From the NCBI GenBank assembly GCA_028356125.1, contig JAOMTZ010000006.1, positions 3,350-67,349 on the forward strand: a DNA stretch of 64,000 nucleotides, in the 5' to 3' direction. Under the pieces are notes generated by a model, which saw only the letters and a program-made list of their open reading frames with translations, made no database searches and had not been told where the DNA came from. This document shows, piece after piece, positions 1 through 9,425 of the stretch (positions within the stretch are counted from its first letter, which is position 1; each line of letters begins with the position of its first letter). Made by a program: the position numbers and the translations under genes. The stretch comes from Candidatus Poseidoniaceae archaeon. GTDB lineage: Archaea > Thermoplasmatota > Poseidoniia > Poseidoniales > Poseidoniaceae.

Positions 1-1
1 T

Positions 2-142
2 TGTATTTACGGTGGATTATTGTTGCAAGATTATACATCTGGGGTAGTTTTGTGGGCCACTAGGCTGTGTATAATGCCGATTGCAATCTTGGTTACAGTA
101 GAAGGCGTTGGCCGTATTATTCAGGCCATCTATACGAAATAA
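2..142 (+). CDS. C-terminal fragment of a membrane protein (truncated by window start)
   Basis: Frame 2 is open from base 2 to TAA at 140-142: CIYGGLLLQDYTSGVVLWATRLCIMPIAILVTVEGVGRIIQAIYTK*. It is hydrophobic and abuts the stop of the convergent gene. Confidence 0.6.
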   Translation, partial: CIYGGLLLQDYTSGVVLWATRLCIMPIAILVTVEGVGRIIQAIYTK

Positions 143-1291
143 TCACTCTCTAGTAGAGAATGAAGATTCGATAAGTCCCCAGAATCTTTGCCAAGGTACT
201 ATGAATCTTAGTAGCGCCATAATTCCCAAGAATAGTAGTGCAGATATTACCAGCCCGTAGGTGAGGGTCAATTCAATAGATTCTCCAACCTGGGCGGCCC
301 ATTGAGATCCAGTTATACCACCGACTAAATCTAGGAGTACTCCGTGGAAACCTAACGCAATTGTGGTTGTAACTACAGTTAGTGATAGGAAGATTGCAGT
401 GTGTCTTAGATGCCCATTAAGCAAATTGTCCATCTGAGCAACATATTCGGGGTCTCTTTTACAGGAGTCAGGAAGCCTGTACGCATACTCTAGTTGTCTG
501 ATTACTCCAAATGCAGACTCTTGGAAAACCATCATCAGACAAGCGATTAGAATTAGTGACAGTTGCTCAGTTGTTACCAAACCAAACACTGTTGGTTCAG
601 AGACAATAATCTGCAGTGTAGTCAATTGTGTGCCGTAACTGCCTAATTGTGAACGAATTAGAGGGAATGTTAGGATTGCATGAACTCCAAGGAAAAGTAG
701 TGTGAACCCGATAGACCAAGCGACTCCTCGTCGAGAAAGACCCCATATCCCCTTAGTACCAGTGATAATTGGTAGTAGGTAGAATGTAAGAATCACCAGT
801 GACAACATCATCAGAAGTGGCCACTCCAACAATCGAAGAACATCATCAGCAGGGGCACTCCAGCCATCACTGACCAATTGCCAAGCGTATCCGAAAACGA
901 ATCTACCTGCAAGTAACAAAATCATAGTAATTATGACTCCAAGCTTGACTCTTTGTTGGAATTTAGGAGTTTGGAAAGCCAGCAGGGCCATCGATCCACC
1001 AAGGGTCAATCCTAATCCCATCGGGACATAGAACCTAGCAAGTCCATCGCTACCGCTGCCTGTAAGCCAGTCACCTAGTGGGAGTTCAGTACCTAGTCCC
1101 GATTCTAATGTGTCAAACAACAACGTGTGGTCAATACTCCCCACCACATAAGTTGAAACAACTTCCATGTACATCCATACCAATGAAAGAGTTGCCAATA
1201 CTTGAAGAGTGACAATCTGCCATTGAACTCTTAGTTGGCGTAAATGAAGAGAACGGGCACCTTCGCCTTGTGGAGTAACTTCACCTGCCAT
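143..1291 (-). CDS. Multi-pass membrane protein, third gene of the DUF4350/DUF58 operon
   Basis: 382 aa with about 8 hydrophobic segments. GGTGA SD-like motif upstream and 9 bp from the previous gene. Confidence 0.75.
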   Translation of the reverse strand: MAGEVTPQGEGARSLHLRQLRVQWQIVTLQVLATLSLVWMYMEVVSTYVVGSIDHTLLFDTLESGLGTELPLGDWLTGSGSDGLARFYVPMGLGLTLGGSMALLAFQTPKFQQRVKLGVIITMILLLAGRFVFGYAWQLVSDGWSAPADDVLRLLEWPLLMMLSLVILTFYLLPIITGTKGIWGLSRRGVAWSIGFTLLFLGVHAILTFPLIRSQLGSYGTQLTTLQIIVSEPTVFGLVTTEQLSLILIACLMMVFQESAFGVIRQLEYAYRLPDSCKRDPEYVAQMDNLLNGHLRHTAIFLSLTVVTTTIALGFHGVLLDLVGGITGSQWAAQVGESIELTLTYGLVISALLFLGIMALLRFIVPWQRFWGLIESSFSTRE

Positions 1292-1300
1292 TATCTCACC

Positions 1301-2557
1301 TCAATATCCTCTGACCTGCAGCAATGCTTGCGAGAGGTCCATGTCTGGCATCCAATCAATCACTTGGCTACCAAACCCTGCCAAAGATGTAAGTCTGTTT
1401 TGCCTTTCTAGTTTGAGAACCTCATAAGACATTCTTGGAATACGGCTAACGAGCCTTTCAAAGTCGATACTAGACGGGGAAAGAACCGTTACTTCGTGTC
1501 CTCTTCCTACTAGGTCTCTAATCGCAGATGGGACAGTTCCGTCACCTTCACATGATGAAATTACGAATACAGGGCTTCCACGACTGAACCTTGCAGCAAG
1601 GCTGTTAGTAACAGCCTGCAGAGGCATAGTTCCCCTAGGGGCGACTCCTGCAAGTGATGATAGAATCTTGAAATACTGTTTATCTCCGGTATCGGGAGGC
1701 AAGAATGACAACTTTTCATCATATATTGTTAGTGAGACCGAATCACGCCGCTGAATAAAGAAAGAAGCCAGACTTGCAGCAGCGACAGTTCCCATTTCCA
1801 ACGGGTTCTTTAGAACAGTTCCAATCCTAGCAATGTCTCTACTATCTAGGATGATATAGAGATCAGTAACTGCATCTCTACACTTTTCATTAATCATCAA
1901 ATCTCCAGTTCTTGCAAAAGCTTTCCAATTAATATTCTTGAAAGGATCACCAGGTACGTATTCTCTCAGTGAGTAGAACTCAGTTCCAGGACCCGGAGTT
2001 CGTAGTGTAGTAGCTCCTGTGTACATTTTAGCGGTTCTCGAACGGATGAATGCTTCTTCTACATCACGAATCTGTGGGAAAATTATGATGTCAGAGTGGT
2101 GATCAACATACATCTCATCGATTGACAAGTTGAATGTGTTGCGGTATCTCAAAGATACAGGACCAACAGAGTAGTGGCCACGTAGAGGACAACGTAGCAC
2201 ATAGCGGATTCTTGCACTTTCTCCCGGTTTCAAATTTAATCTCATTTGGTTTAGACCGCTTCTCAACTTCATTTCGTGAGGGACGTTATCGTATACCTCT
2301 AATTGCTGAGTTTTGCGTCTGCTTCTGTTTGTGACTAACAATTCAACATACAGGTCATCTCCCTTGTACAGATTATCTGCCGATAGAGTTCTTTGAACTT
2401 CAACGTCTCCGTGTCCACTTACCCATGAATTAACCACGATAAATGCGATGAAGGCAAGACCTAGAATCATCATCTGGTGATTTGAAATCATCATACCGAT
2501 TAGAATCAGAGCGATTCCTCCGGTGAATGTGAATGCTGCCTTACGTGTCCACATCAT
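1301..2557 (-). CDS. DUF58 domain protein (vWA-like, usually MoxR-associated)
   Basis: Two N-terminal TM helices and the motif EFYSLREYVPGDPFKNINWKAFAR...IILDSR. Start moved to the ATG after the GAGGTG SD. Confidence 0.88.
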   Translation of the reverse strand: MMWTRKAAFTFTGGIALILIGMMISNHQMMILGLAFIAFIVVNSWVSGHGDVEVQRTLSADNLYKGDDLYVELLVTNRSRRKTQQLEVYDNVPHEMKLRSGLNQMRLNLKPGESARIRYVLRCPLRGHYSVGPVSLRYRNTFNLSIDEMYVDHHSDIIIFPQIRDVEEAFIRSRTAKMYTGATTLRTPGPGTEFYSLREYVPGDPFKNINWKAFARTGDLMINEKCRDAVTDLYIILDSRDIARIGTVLKNPLEMGTVAAASLASFFIQRRDSVSLTIYDEKLSFLPPDTGDKQYFKILSSLAGVAPRGTMPLQAVTNSLAARFSRGSPVFVISSCEGDGTVPSAIRDLVGRGHEVTVLSPSSIDFERLVSRIPRMSYEVLKLERQNRLTSLAGFGSQVIDWMPDMDLSQALLQVRGY

Positions 2558-2564
2558 ATCCACC

Positions 2565-4181
2565 TCATGTCCTACCCCAGACCTTAATTCGCTTTACTAT
2601 TGCTACTGTCTGTTCTAATGAATAGTTCTTATTTTCAAACACGAATTTAACCAATACTGGGTCATCAATCATGCCTTGTAATTCCCTTGCAGGTAGTGAA
2701 TCAAACTCTTCTCTAGTGAGGCCGTTTTGATTCCGTACTTTAGATAAGAATACTTGCTTAATCTTGTTTGATTTAGCATAGTATGTGTATCTGTTAGCAT
2801 CTCCAAACCCATAGTAGATGATGCTGAAAACGTGGCGCCAAGGCTCAGGGTCTTTCTTCTTCAGTAGCACTCCTTCGAATGCTATGAACAATATTAGGAA
2901 TAGTAGTAACATTGCAAGTCCTTCACCTGTGAAGTATACAAGGAGGAAGTAAACAGTGTTGTATGATTCTGAAGCAATACTCGGCTGAATATGCCTACTT
3001 TCATCGAATATTACCATTGCGTTAGGTGCAACTCCTGGTACCTCATCGCTTTCACCAGTAGCTGTTGGGTCTACGAGAGAATCAGCAATGTAGTCCAGGG
3101 CCCACTTGCGATTATCGTTCCTTGGAATCGGTTTGTCTGCGTCTCCATATTTGCCGTCATTGTATTCTTCATAGTCATACAATGCGTTAGTTAATGCAGA
3201 CCCATCTGAGATGAAAGTTATTCTTCCGCCGTTTACGAAGTTACAATCTTGGGAAATACAAACTTCGATTGAAAGATTAAATTGTCCAAACAGGTCAGGG
3301 TTTGACGAAGTTTGTTCTTCACCGGAGTCTATTCGTCCATCTCCATTGACATCCACAGTTGCTTCAGCTGAAGTAAGTGCTCTAATCTGAGTGGCGCCCA
3401 TTCCGGTTTTGGCATTTTTGATGAGATCGATTCCAGTGATGTTATTCAGAAGAATTTGGTATGAGGCATTGTATTGGATTCCGCCATCCGCCCAATGCTG
3501 CTCACAAACCCCTGCTTCGCTTTTCGGCATATTCCTGCCGTCATATATTTCGCAGATGTGTGCTCCACCATCTCGAATCGACCAACGACTGTGATTATCC
3601 ACACTATTCAGGTCAATTGAGGTTCCATCCATTCCACATGGGGCCTCTTGTACACACATCCAAACGAAGTTGTAGTCCAATTCGTTGACATAGACTGTGT
3701 CATACAATTGCATGCCTTTGAATCTTACACCAAAGGCTTCAGCAATTGACGAGGAGTAACCAAAATCATCCATTACAAGAACATCTCCGCCAGCAAATAC
3801 GAACTCTTTGATAGCGTCTACTTCTGCAGGAGAATATCCATCTTCAGAAGCGAATGTAAGGAATCCATCAGTCGAGAATTGTGGTAGCGAAATAGTATCC
3901 CTCTCAACACCTGCGATGATGAATGTAGTATTACCTGGGTCTTCGATGTCTGCAAGGAGTAATGGCGACGAGACTAATGATTTTGTTTCAATGCCCATGT
4001 CATTAATGTCATAGCGGAATGCAGACATGTCATCCCAGTCTTCTCCGTATGCAGACTGGCCACCTTCGTTGCCTATATTGATGACTTGAGATACAACTGT
4101 AGAGAGTAACATCAGAAGTACGAACCAGAACGCTAACTGAAGAACAAGTCTTCTTCTGTTAAAGCGCGGTTTTTGGTCCAT
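2565..4181 (-). CDS. DUF4350-like membrane-anchored extracellular protein
   Basis: N- and C-terminal TM helices. YSPAEVDAIKEFVFAGGDVLVMDDFG, GGRITFISDGSALTN and VIFDESRH motifs are typical of DUF4350/GATase-like proteins in DUF58 operons. Confidence 0.7.
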   Translation of the reverse strand: MDQKPRFNRRRLVLQLAFWFVLLMLLSTVVSQVINIGNEGGQSAYGEDWDDMSAFRYDINDMGIETKSLVSSPLLLADIEDPGNTTFIIAGVERDTISLPQFSTDGFLTFASEDGYSPAEVDAIKEFVFAGGDVLVMDDFGYSSSIAEAFGVRFKGMQLYDTVYVNELDYNFVWMCVQEAPCGMDGTSIDLNSVDNHSRWSIRDGGAHICEIYDGRNMPKSEAGVCEQHWADGGIQYNASYQILLNNITGIDLIKNAKTGMGATQIRALTSAEATVDVNGDGRIDSGEEQTSSNPDLFGQFNLSIEVCISQDCNFVNGGRITFISDGSALTNALYDYEEYNDGKYGDADKPIPRNDNRKWALDYIADSLVDPTATGESDEVPGVAPNAMVIFDESRHIQPSIASESYNTVYFLLVYFTGEGLAMLLLFLILFIAFEGVLLKKKDPEPWRHVFSIIYYGFGDANRYTYYAKSNKIKQVFLSKVRNQNGLTREEFDSLPARELQGMIDDPVLVKFVFENKNYSLEQTVAIVKRIKVWGRT

Positions 4182-4263
4182 TCATTCACCTCTGGTACAA
4201 GATACAGACAACCGACGCTATCGTATGGGTTTAGAAGGTTGCGTTCAAATGATAATTAGTTGC

Positions 4264-4512
4264 TCATCGTCTAAGCATGATACGTGATGCGATTTGGGCA
4301 ATTTCTTGGGCAGGAACTTGGCAAAAACCATCATCTGTTGGCCAAGGTAATTTTGTAACATCAATTTCAGGCACAACTTCAACTAAAATCTCGGTCACTT
4401 CACCACTTCTAGGATCTATCACAATATCGGATAGGTGGCCGAATAGTTCACCATTAGCATCTACGACTGCACGTCTTAGATACTCACCGCTGAAACTAGA
4501 CATATGCCTCAC
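4264..4512 (-). CDS. PRC-barrel domain protein
   Basis: VVDANGELFGHLSDIVIDPRSGEVTEILV matches the PRC-barrel pattern. Confidence 0.85.
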   Translation of the reverse strand: MRHMSSFSGEYLRRAVVDANGELFGHLSDIVIDPRSGEVTEILVEVVPEIDVTKLPWPTDDGFCQVPAQEIAQIASRIMLRR

Positions 4513-4567
4513 CCTCGCTATGATGCAATAGACCCAGTCACTTCAATCAACCGGCGAATCAACCTGA

Positions 4568-6799
4568 TTACATCGATTCCATGCCGAATCCAGTATCACG
4601 CGAACGCTTGATATTAGAAAGGCCTGATGTCAAACGCTCTTCCATCTTAGAATAATATTCTAACATTTCTGGAGTCACTGTAGGTCGAACTCTTGTAATC
4701 GCATCTTCGAAGTGACCCTTAGTCACCTTTTTCTTACCTGCTCGCATTGCAATAAGGGCAGCTTCTCTGCAAACTGCTTCGATGTCTGCTCCAGTGAATC
4801 CTTCCATTCCACCAAGGATATCTTTCATCGAGAATGACGATAATGGCATGTCCTTAGCATGGATTTGCATGATTACATCTCTCGCACCTTTGTCTGGCGG
4901 AGGTACGTGGAGTACTCTTTCGAATCTACCACTTCGCAATAGGGCTGGATCGATCATCTCTGGTCGATTTGTAGCAGCGACGACAATAACTCCGTCGAGG
5001 CTTTCGACACCGTCCATACTTGCTAGGAGTTGGTTTACAACTCGGTTAGAAACATCTGAACCGCCACTCTGGGAGTTAGATGAACGCATACCCGCAATCG
5101 ACTCAAATTCATCTAAGAAGATGATTGAAGGAGCAGATTGTTTAGCCTTCTTGAAAATTTCACGAATTGCTTTTTCAGATTCTCCAACCCATTTCGAAAT
5201 CATTTCTGGGCCCTTAATCGATATGAAATTGGCCTTTGCTTCGTTAGCAATTGCTTTAGCAAGCAAAGTCTTTCCAGTTCCCGGTGCACCGAATAGTACA
5301 ATTCCTCGAGGTGGTTTTATTCCGAAGTGTTCAAACAATTCAGGTTTGGTTAATGGCCATTCAACACTTTCCTTCAGCCTTTCTTTAATTTCTGTTAGGC
5401 CTCCGACACTTTCCCATGAAACATCTGGGACTTCAACATAGATTTCTCTTAGTGCACTTGGCTCAATCTCTCTAATAGCAACACGGAAGTCATCCATTCT
5501 AACTTCCATCTTTTCTAGAACCTCAGGGGGAATGGTGTCTTCCTCGAGGTCGATTTCGGGGAGATAGCGACGAAGGGCCTTCATTGCGGCTTCTCTAACA
5601 AGCGCCGCTAAATCAGCTCCTACGAAACCGTATGAGTTCTCCAGTACCCAGTCTACATCAAAGTCGTCAGCGATAGGCATCTGCCTGGTGTGGACGTCAA
5701 GGATTTCCTTTCTACCTTCACGGTCTGGTACTCCAATCTCTATTTCTCGATCGAATCTTCCTGGTCTTCTAAGTGCAGGGTCTAATGCGTCTCTACGATT
5801 TGTAGCACCGATTACGATTACGTTATCTCTTCCTTGCATGCCATCCATTAGAGTAAGCATTTGGGCGACTACTCGCCTTTCAACTTCTCCACTAACATCT
5901 TCACGCTTTGGACAAATTGAATCGATCTCATCTACGAATACAATCGCAGGTGCATTGTTTGCTGCTTCATCGAAAATCTCACGCAATTGTTTTTCAGATT
6001 CTCCATAGTATTTGGAAATAATTTCTGGTCCATTGATTACCGTGAAATGTGCATTTGTTTCTGTAGCCACAGCCTTTGCGATCATTGTTTTACCAGTCCC
6101 TGGCGGTCCGTGCAACAATACTCCTTTGGGGGGGTCGATTCCTAACCTTCTGAATAATTCCGGATGCTTTAGTGGAAGTTCAATCATCTCTCTAACTTTC
6201 AATAACTGAGAGCCAATTCCTCCAATGTCTTCGTATGTTATTCCTTGAGATTGGCCAACATCCTCGTCATCAATTGCTTCATCCTTGATTACAATGTCTG
6301 TGTCGGAATTAACTTGTACAATCCCCTTAGGAGTAGTCTGTAATACCGCGAATGGCAATGCTTCAGCGAATAGTGTCATACCTGGAATAAATATACGGTC
6401 TCCGGCTACTACTGGTCTCTTGTTGAGTCCTCTACGAGCAAACCCTTCAATTCCGGGTCCGAATTTGACTTTCTGCTTGTTTGCCATAACTGGAGAAAGT
6501 ATCAGTTTGGTACATATCTTAGCATCTACCTTGGATACAGTTACTTTGTCACCAAGGCTCACTCCAGCATTTTTCCGGATGATTCCGTCAACTCTAATGA
6601 TATCCATTTTAGCGTCTTCGGGGCGGCTTCTCCAGTAGATGGCAGCGGTAGAGCGGTCGTCTCCCTTAATTTCGATAATATCTCCTGGCTTCAAGTCCAA
6701 TCCATTCTCGCCGCTAATGCGTGCTCGGCCGTGGCCTACATCGCTCGGTATAGCCTTTGAAACCTTCAATGAAATCGATTCACTATCTTTGTCAGACAT
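4568..6799 (-). CDS. cdc48: CDC48/VCP (VAT) family AAA+ ATPase
   Basis: N-domain plus two AAA modules: GPPGTGKT/FVDEID/ALRRPGRFDRE and GAPGTGKT/FLDEFE/ALLRSGRFER. Confidence 0.97.
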   Translation of the reverse strand: MSDKDSESISLKVSKAIPSDVGHGRARISGENGLDLKPGDIIEIKGDDRSTAAIYWRSRPEDAKMDIIRVDGIIRKNAGVSLGDKVTVSKVDAKICTKLILSPVMANKQKVKFGPGIEGFARRGLNKRPVVAGDRIFIPGMTLFAEALPFAVLQTTPKGIVQVNSDTDIVIKDEAIDDEDVGQSQGITYEDIGGIGSQLLKVREMIELPLKHPELFRRLGIDPPKGVLLHGPPGTGKTMIAKAVATETNAHFTVINGPEIISKYYGESEKQLREIFDEAANNAPAIVFVDEIDSICPKREDVSGEVERRVVAQMLTLMDGMQGRDNVIVIGATNRRDALDPALRRPGRFDREIEIGVPDREGRKEILDVHTRQMPIADDFDVDWVLENSYGFVGADLAALVREAAMKALRRYLPEIDLEEDTIPPEVLEKMEVRMDDFRVAIREIEPSALREIYVEVPDVSWESVGGLTEIKERLKESVEWPLTKPELFEHFGIKPPRGIVLFGAPGTGKTLLAKAIANEAKANFISIKGPEMISKWVGESEKAIREIFKKAKQSAPSIIFLDEFESIAGMRSSNSQSGGSDVSNRVVNQLLASMDGVESLDGVIVVAATNRPEMIDPALLRSGRFERVLHVPPPDKGARDVIMQIHAKDMPLSSFSMKDILGGMEGFTGADIEAVCREAALIAMRAGKKKVTKGHFEDAITRVRPTVTPEMLEYYSKMEERLTSGLSNIKRSRDTGFGMESM

Positions 6800-6901
6800 G
6801 GATTACCCCTCCGGATAGTACATCTTAGTGTAGCATCTACTTAACTCCACGCATCTAACCACAAGCGGTGGATTCATGTTCTGAATGCCGAACGGACGGC
6901 C

Positions 6902-8530
6902 ATGACGCACGTTTTAGAGACCGGCCTAGAATTTCTTGAAAGCAATAACCCCGGTGACCTTCCTAGGGTCAGAGGATACAATATCATCAATGGACAATTA
7001 ACCAACTCGTCCGATGGTTCGACCTTCATTAGTCGTAACCCGGCAGTTTTGGTAGATGAGTTGGGCGAGTTCCCACTTTCTACAAGAGAAGATGTCCATT
7101 CAGCAATCGCAGCAGCCCGTGCAGCATTAGACGGATGGTCAGCAACCCCTGCTCCTACTCGTGGACAAATCATTGGTAACATGGGTCGGTTGTTAATGGA
7201 GCATAAAGATGCAATTGTCGCATTGGAAACTCGTGAAATAGGAAAGACTCTGAAAGAGGCTGCAGGAAGTGTACAGGAAGCTATTGACACATGTTTGTTC
7301 TTCCAATCTGAAGGAAGGCGCCTTTACGGTCAGACTGTTAATTCAGAATTGCCTGACAAAGAGTTGTTCACATACCGTCGAGCACTAGGTGTATGTGGAA
7401 TCATTAATGCATGCAATTTCCCTGCGGCAGTTCCATTCTGGAAGATGATTCCTGCCCTGATTTGTGGAAACACATGTGTTTGGAAGAGCCCTCAAGATGC
7501 ACCGCTACTATCTTTTGCTTTAGCACGTATTATGCACCAAGCAGGATTGCCAAACGGAGTCGTAAACTTAGTTCATGGAAAAGGAAGTGGTGCTGGACAG
7601 TACATTGTCGATGCAGTCGATGAAGGTTTGATCAACAAGATTTCCTTCACCGGTAGTACTGAAGTCGGTAAGGCAATCGGTGAAGTATGCGGTAGAAATC
7701 TAGTTTCATGCAGTCTAGAACTTGGTGGAAAGAACCCTCTAGTTGTCATGCCATCTGCGGATATTGACAACGCTGTAGAAGGTGCTTACTGGGGTGGTTT
7801 TGGAACCGCTGGACAACGCTGTACCAGCCTGGGTAATCTAATCATTCACGAAGACATTTATGATGATTTCATGGAGAAGTTGATGATCAAGGTAAAGAAT
7901 ACCAGAATCGGAGATTCATTGAAACACGATGGTGTCCTTTATGGACCAATGCTATCTGAGAAATACGCTAAGGATTTCTTGAGAGATATTGACATGGTTG
8001 AAGCGGATGGGGCAACTAAACTTTGGGGCAAGGGAAGAATTGCAACTGGAAACACTCCAGACAATTTCCTAGGAACTCCTGAGGATGGAGTTTACATGTG
8101 GCCGCACGTCTATGCAGATGTTACAGAAGACATGCGATGCTTCCACGAAGAAGTATTTGGACCAGCGATTACAGTTGTTAAGGCTAAGGATTTCGATCAT
8201 GCCCTGCATCTAGCAAACGCGTCTCCATATGGTCTTTCTAGCGCTATTTACACCAATGACCGTCTTGAAGCATACCGCTACAAGGTCGGAATCAAAGCAG
8301 GAATGACTGGAATAAATAATTCGACAACAGGCGCTGAAGCTCACCTTCCATTCGGTGGAGTCAAGGGTAGCGGAAACGGTACGAGAGAATCCGGAATCTG
8401 GGTCATCGAAGCATATTCTTACTGGCATGCAGTCAATGACGAATTGTCTGGCAAATTGCAACTAGCACAGATGGATGTTGATGAAATCGAGATGGTTGAA
8501 GCTGAAGTGGACTACACTTCACTTGCTTGA
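6902..8530 (+). CDS. NAD(P)-dependent aldehyde dehydrogenase
   Basis: FTGSTEVG, LELGGKNP, catalytic Cys in GQRCTS, EEVFGP and PFGG motifs. Confidence 0.95.
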   Translation: MTHVLETGLEFLESNNPGDLPRVRGYNIINGQLTNSSDGSTFISRNPAVLVDELGEFPLSTREDVHSAIAAARAALDGWSATPAPTRGQIIGNMGRLLMEHKDAIVALETREIGKTLKEAAGSVQEAIDTCLFFQSEGRRLYGQTVNSELPDKELFTYRRALGVCGIINACNFPAAVPFWKMIPALICGNTCVWKSPQDAPLLSFALARIMHQAGLPNGVVNLVHGKGSGAGQYIVDAVDEGLINKISFTGSTEVGKAIGEVCGRNLVSCSLELGGKNPLVVMPSADIDNAVEGAYWGGFGTAGQRCTSLGNLIIHEDIYDDFMEKLMIKVKNTRIGDSLKHDGVLYGPMLSEKYAKDFLRDIDMVEADGATKLWGKGRIATGNTPDNFLGTPEDGVYMWPHVYADVTEDMRCFHEEVFGPAITVVKAKDFDHALHLANASPYGLSSAIYTNDRLEAYRYKVGIKAGMTGINNSTTGAEAHLPFGGVKGSGNGTRESGIWVIEAYSYWHAVNDELSGKLQLAQMDVDEIEMVEAEVDYTSLA

Positions 8531-8611
8531 ACAACAGCCGAACAGGTCAAAGACCCCTGCACGACTGGCCAGCAATATCCGCCCCCTATGGGGGCGTGGT
8601 TGGTGTACTTA

Positions 8612-9424
8612 ATGGGCGACGGAATCAAACTTCCAATGCTTAACGGCATGGGACGAACCGATAGAATCGACAATTGGTGGGCACAACCTGTTGTTATGGC
8701 CACTGGGCTTACAATTGCCATGATATGGACATTTTGGCGAGTAATATTCTTCTCGGAGCACATCGATTACCACATAGATGGTGCTCATGTTATTTCACCA
8801 ATGTTCTCTCCAAATGTATTGGAATGGGATATGTTCTCCGGATGGGATCACCCTTCCTGGGTTAACGCAGCAGTTCTGATTCTTTGGATACCCTTCTCCT
8901 TCAGAGGCACATGTTACTACATGCGCCGAGTTTACTATCGCACATTCTTCGCAAGCCCAGTAGCTTGCTGGGTCGATGAACCGGAAATCAACAAGAAGAT
9001 TGGCTACCAGGGCGAGAAGAGACTTTTCATTGTCAACAACTTACACCGTTATTTCCTCTACATGGTTATTCCAATTCTGCTAATCAAATGGTGGGACATC
9101 ACTCACACAATGGCTTTCGATAATGATGGATATGGAATTTCAGGTGGAACAATTATTCTTACAGTAGAAGCCGTTTGTCTAACAATGTATGTTACTTCAT
9201 GCCATGCTCTAAGGCATCTTGCCGGTGGAGTTCTTGACCGCTGGGCTAACGGGATTTCAAAAATTAGAGGTGCAATATTTTCTAAGATTAGCATAATCAA
9301 CCGTAGTCACGGGTTTTGGTTCTGGGTATCTCTAACATTCGTATTCGTAGGAGATGCTTGGACGATTGCAGTGTCTAAAGGCATGATTAATGACTTCAGC
9401 CTTATTCTAATCGGAGGTGCTTGA
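8612..9424 (+). CDS. Succinate dehydrogenase single membrane anchor, Rv0249c-like (type F)
   Basis: Hydrophobic protein directly upstream of sdhA with FRGTCYYMRR, NLHRY, TSCHALRH and RSHGFW motifs, resembling the mycobacterial Sdh1 anchor. Confidence 0.75.
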   Translation: MGDGIKLPMLNGMGRTDRIDNWWAQPVVMATGLTIAMIWTFWRVIFFSEHIDYHIDGAHVISPMFSPNVLEWDMFSGWDHPSWVNAAVLILWIPFSFRGTCYYMRRVYYRTFFASPVACWVDEPEINKKIGYQGEKRLFIVNNLHRYFLYMVIPILLIKWWDITHTMAFDNDGYGISGGTIILTVEAVCLTMYVTSCHALRHLAGGVLDRWANGISKIRGAIFSKISIINRSHGFWFWVSLTFVFVGDAWTIAVSKGMINDFSLILIGGA

Positions 9425-9425
9425 A

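Noticed and set aside
4782-6638. Several plus-strand ORFs of 65-219 aa
   Set aside because: They are antisense shadows of cdc48.
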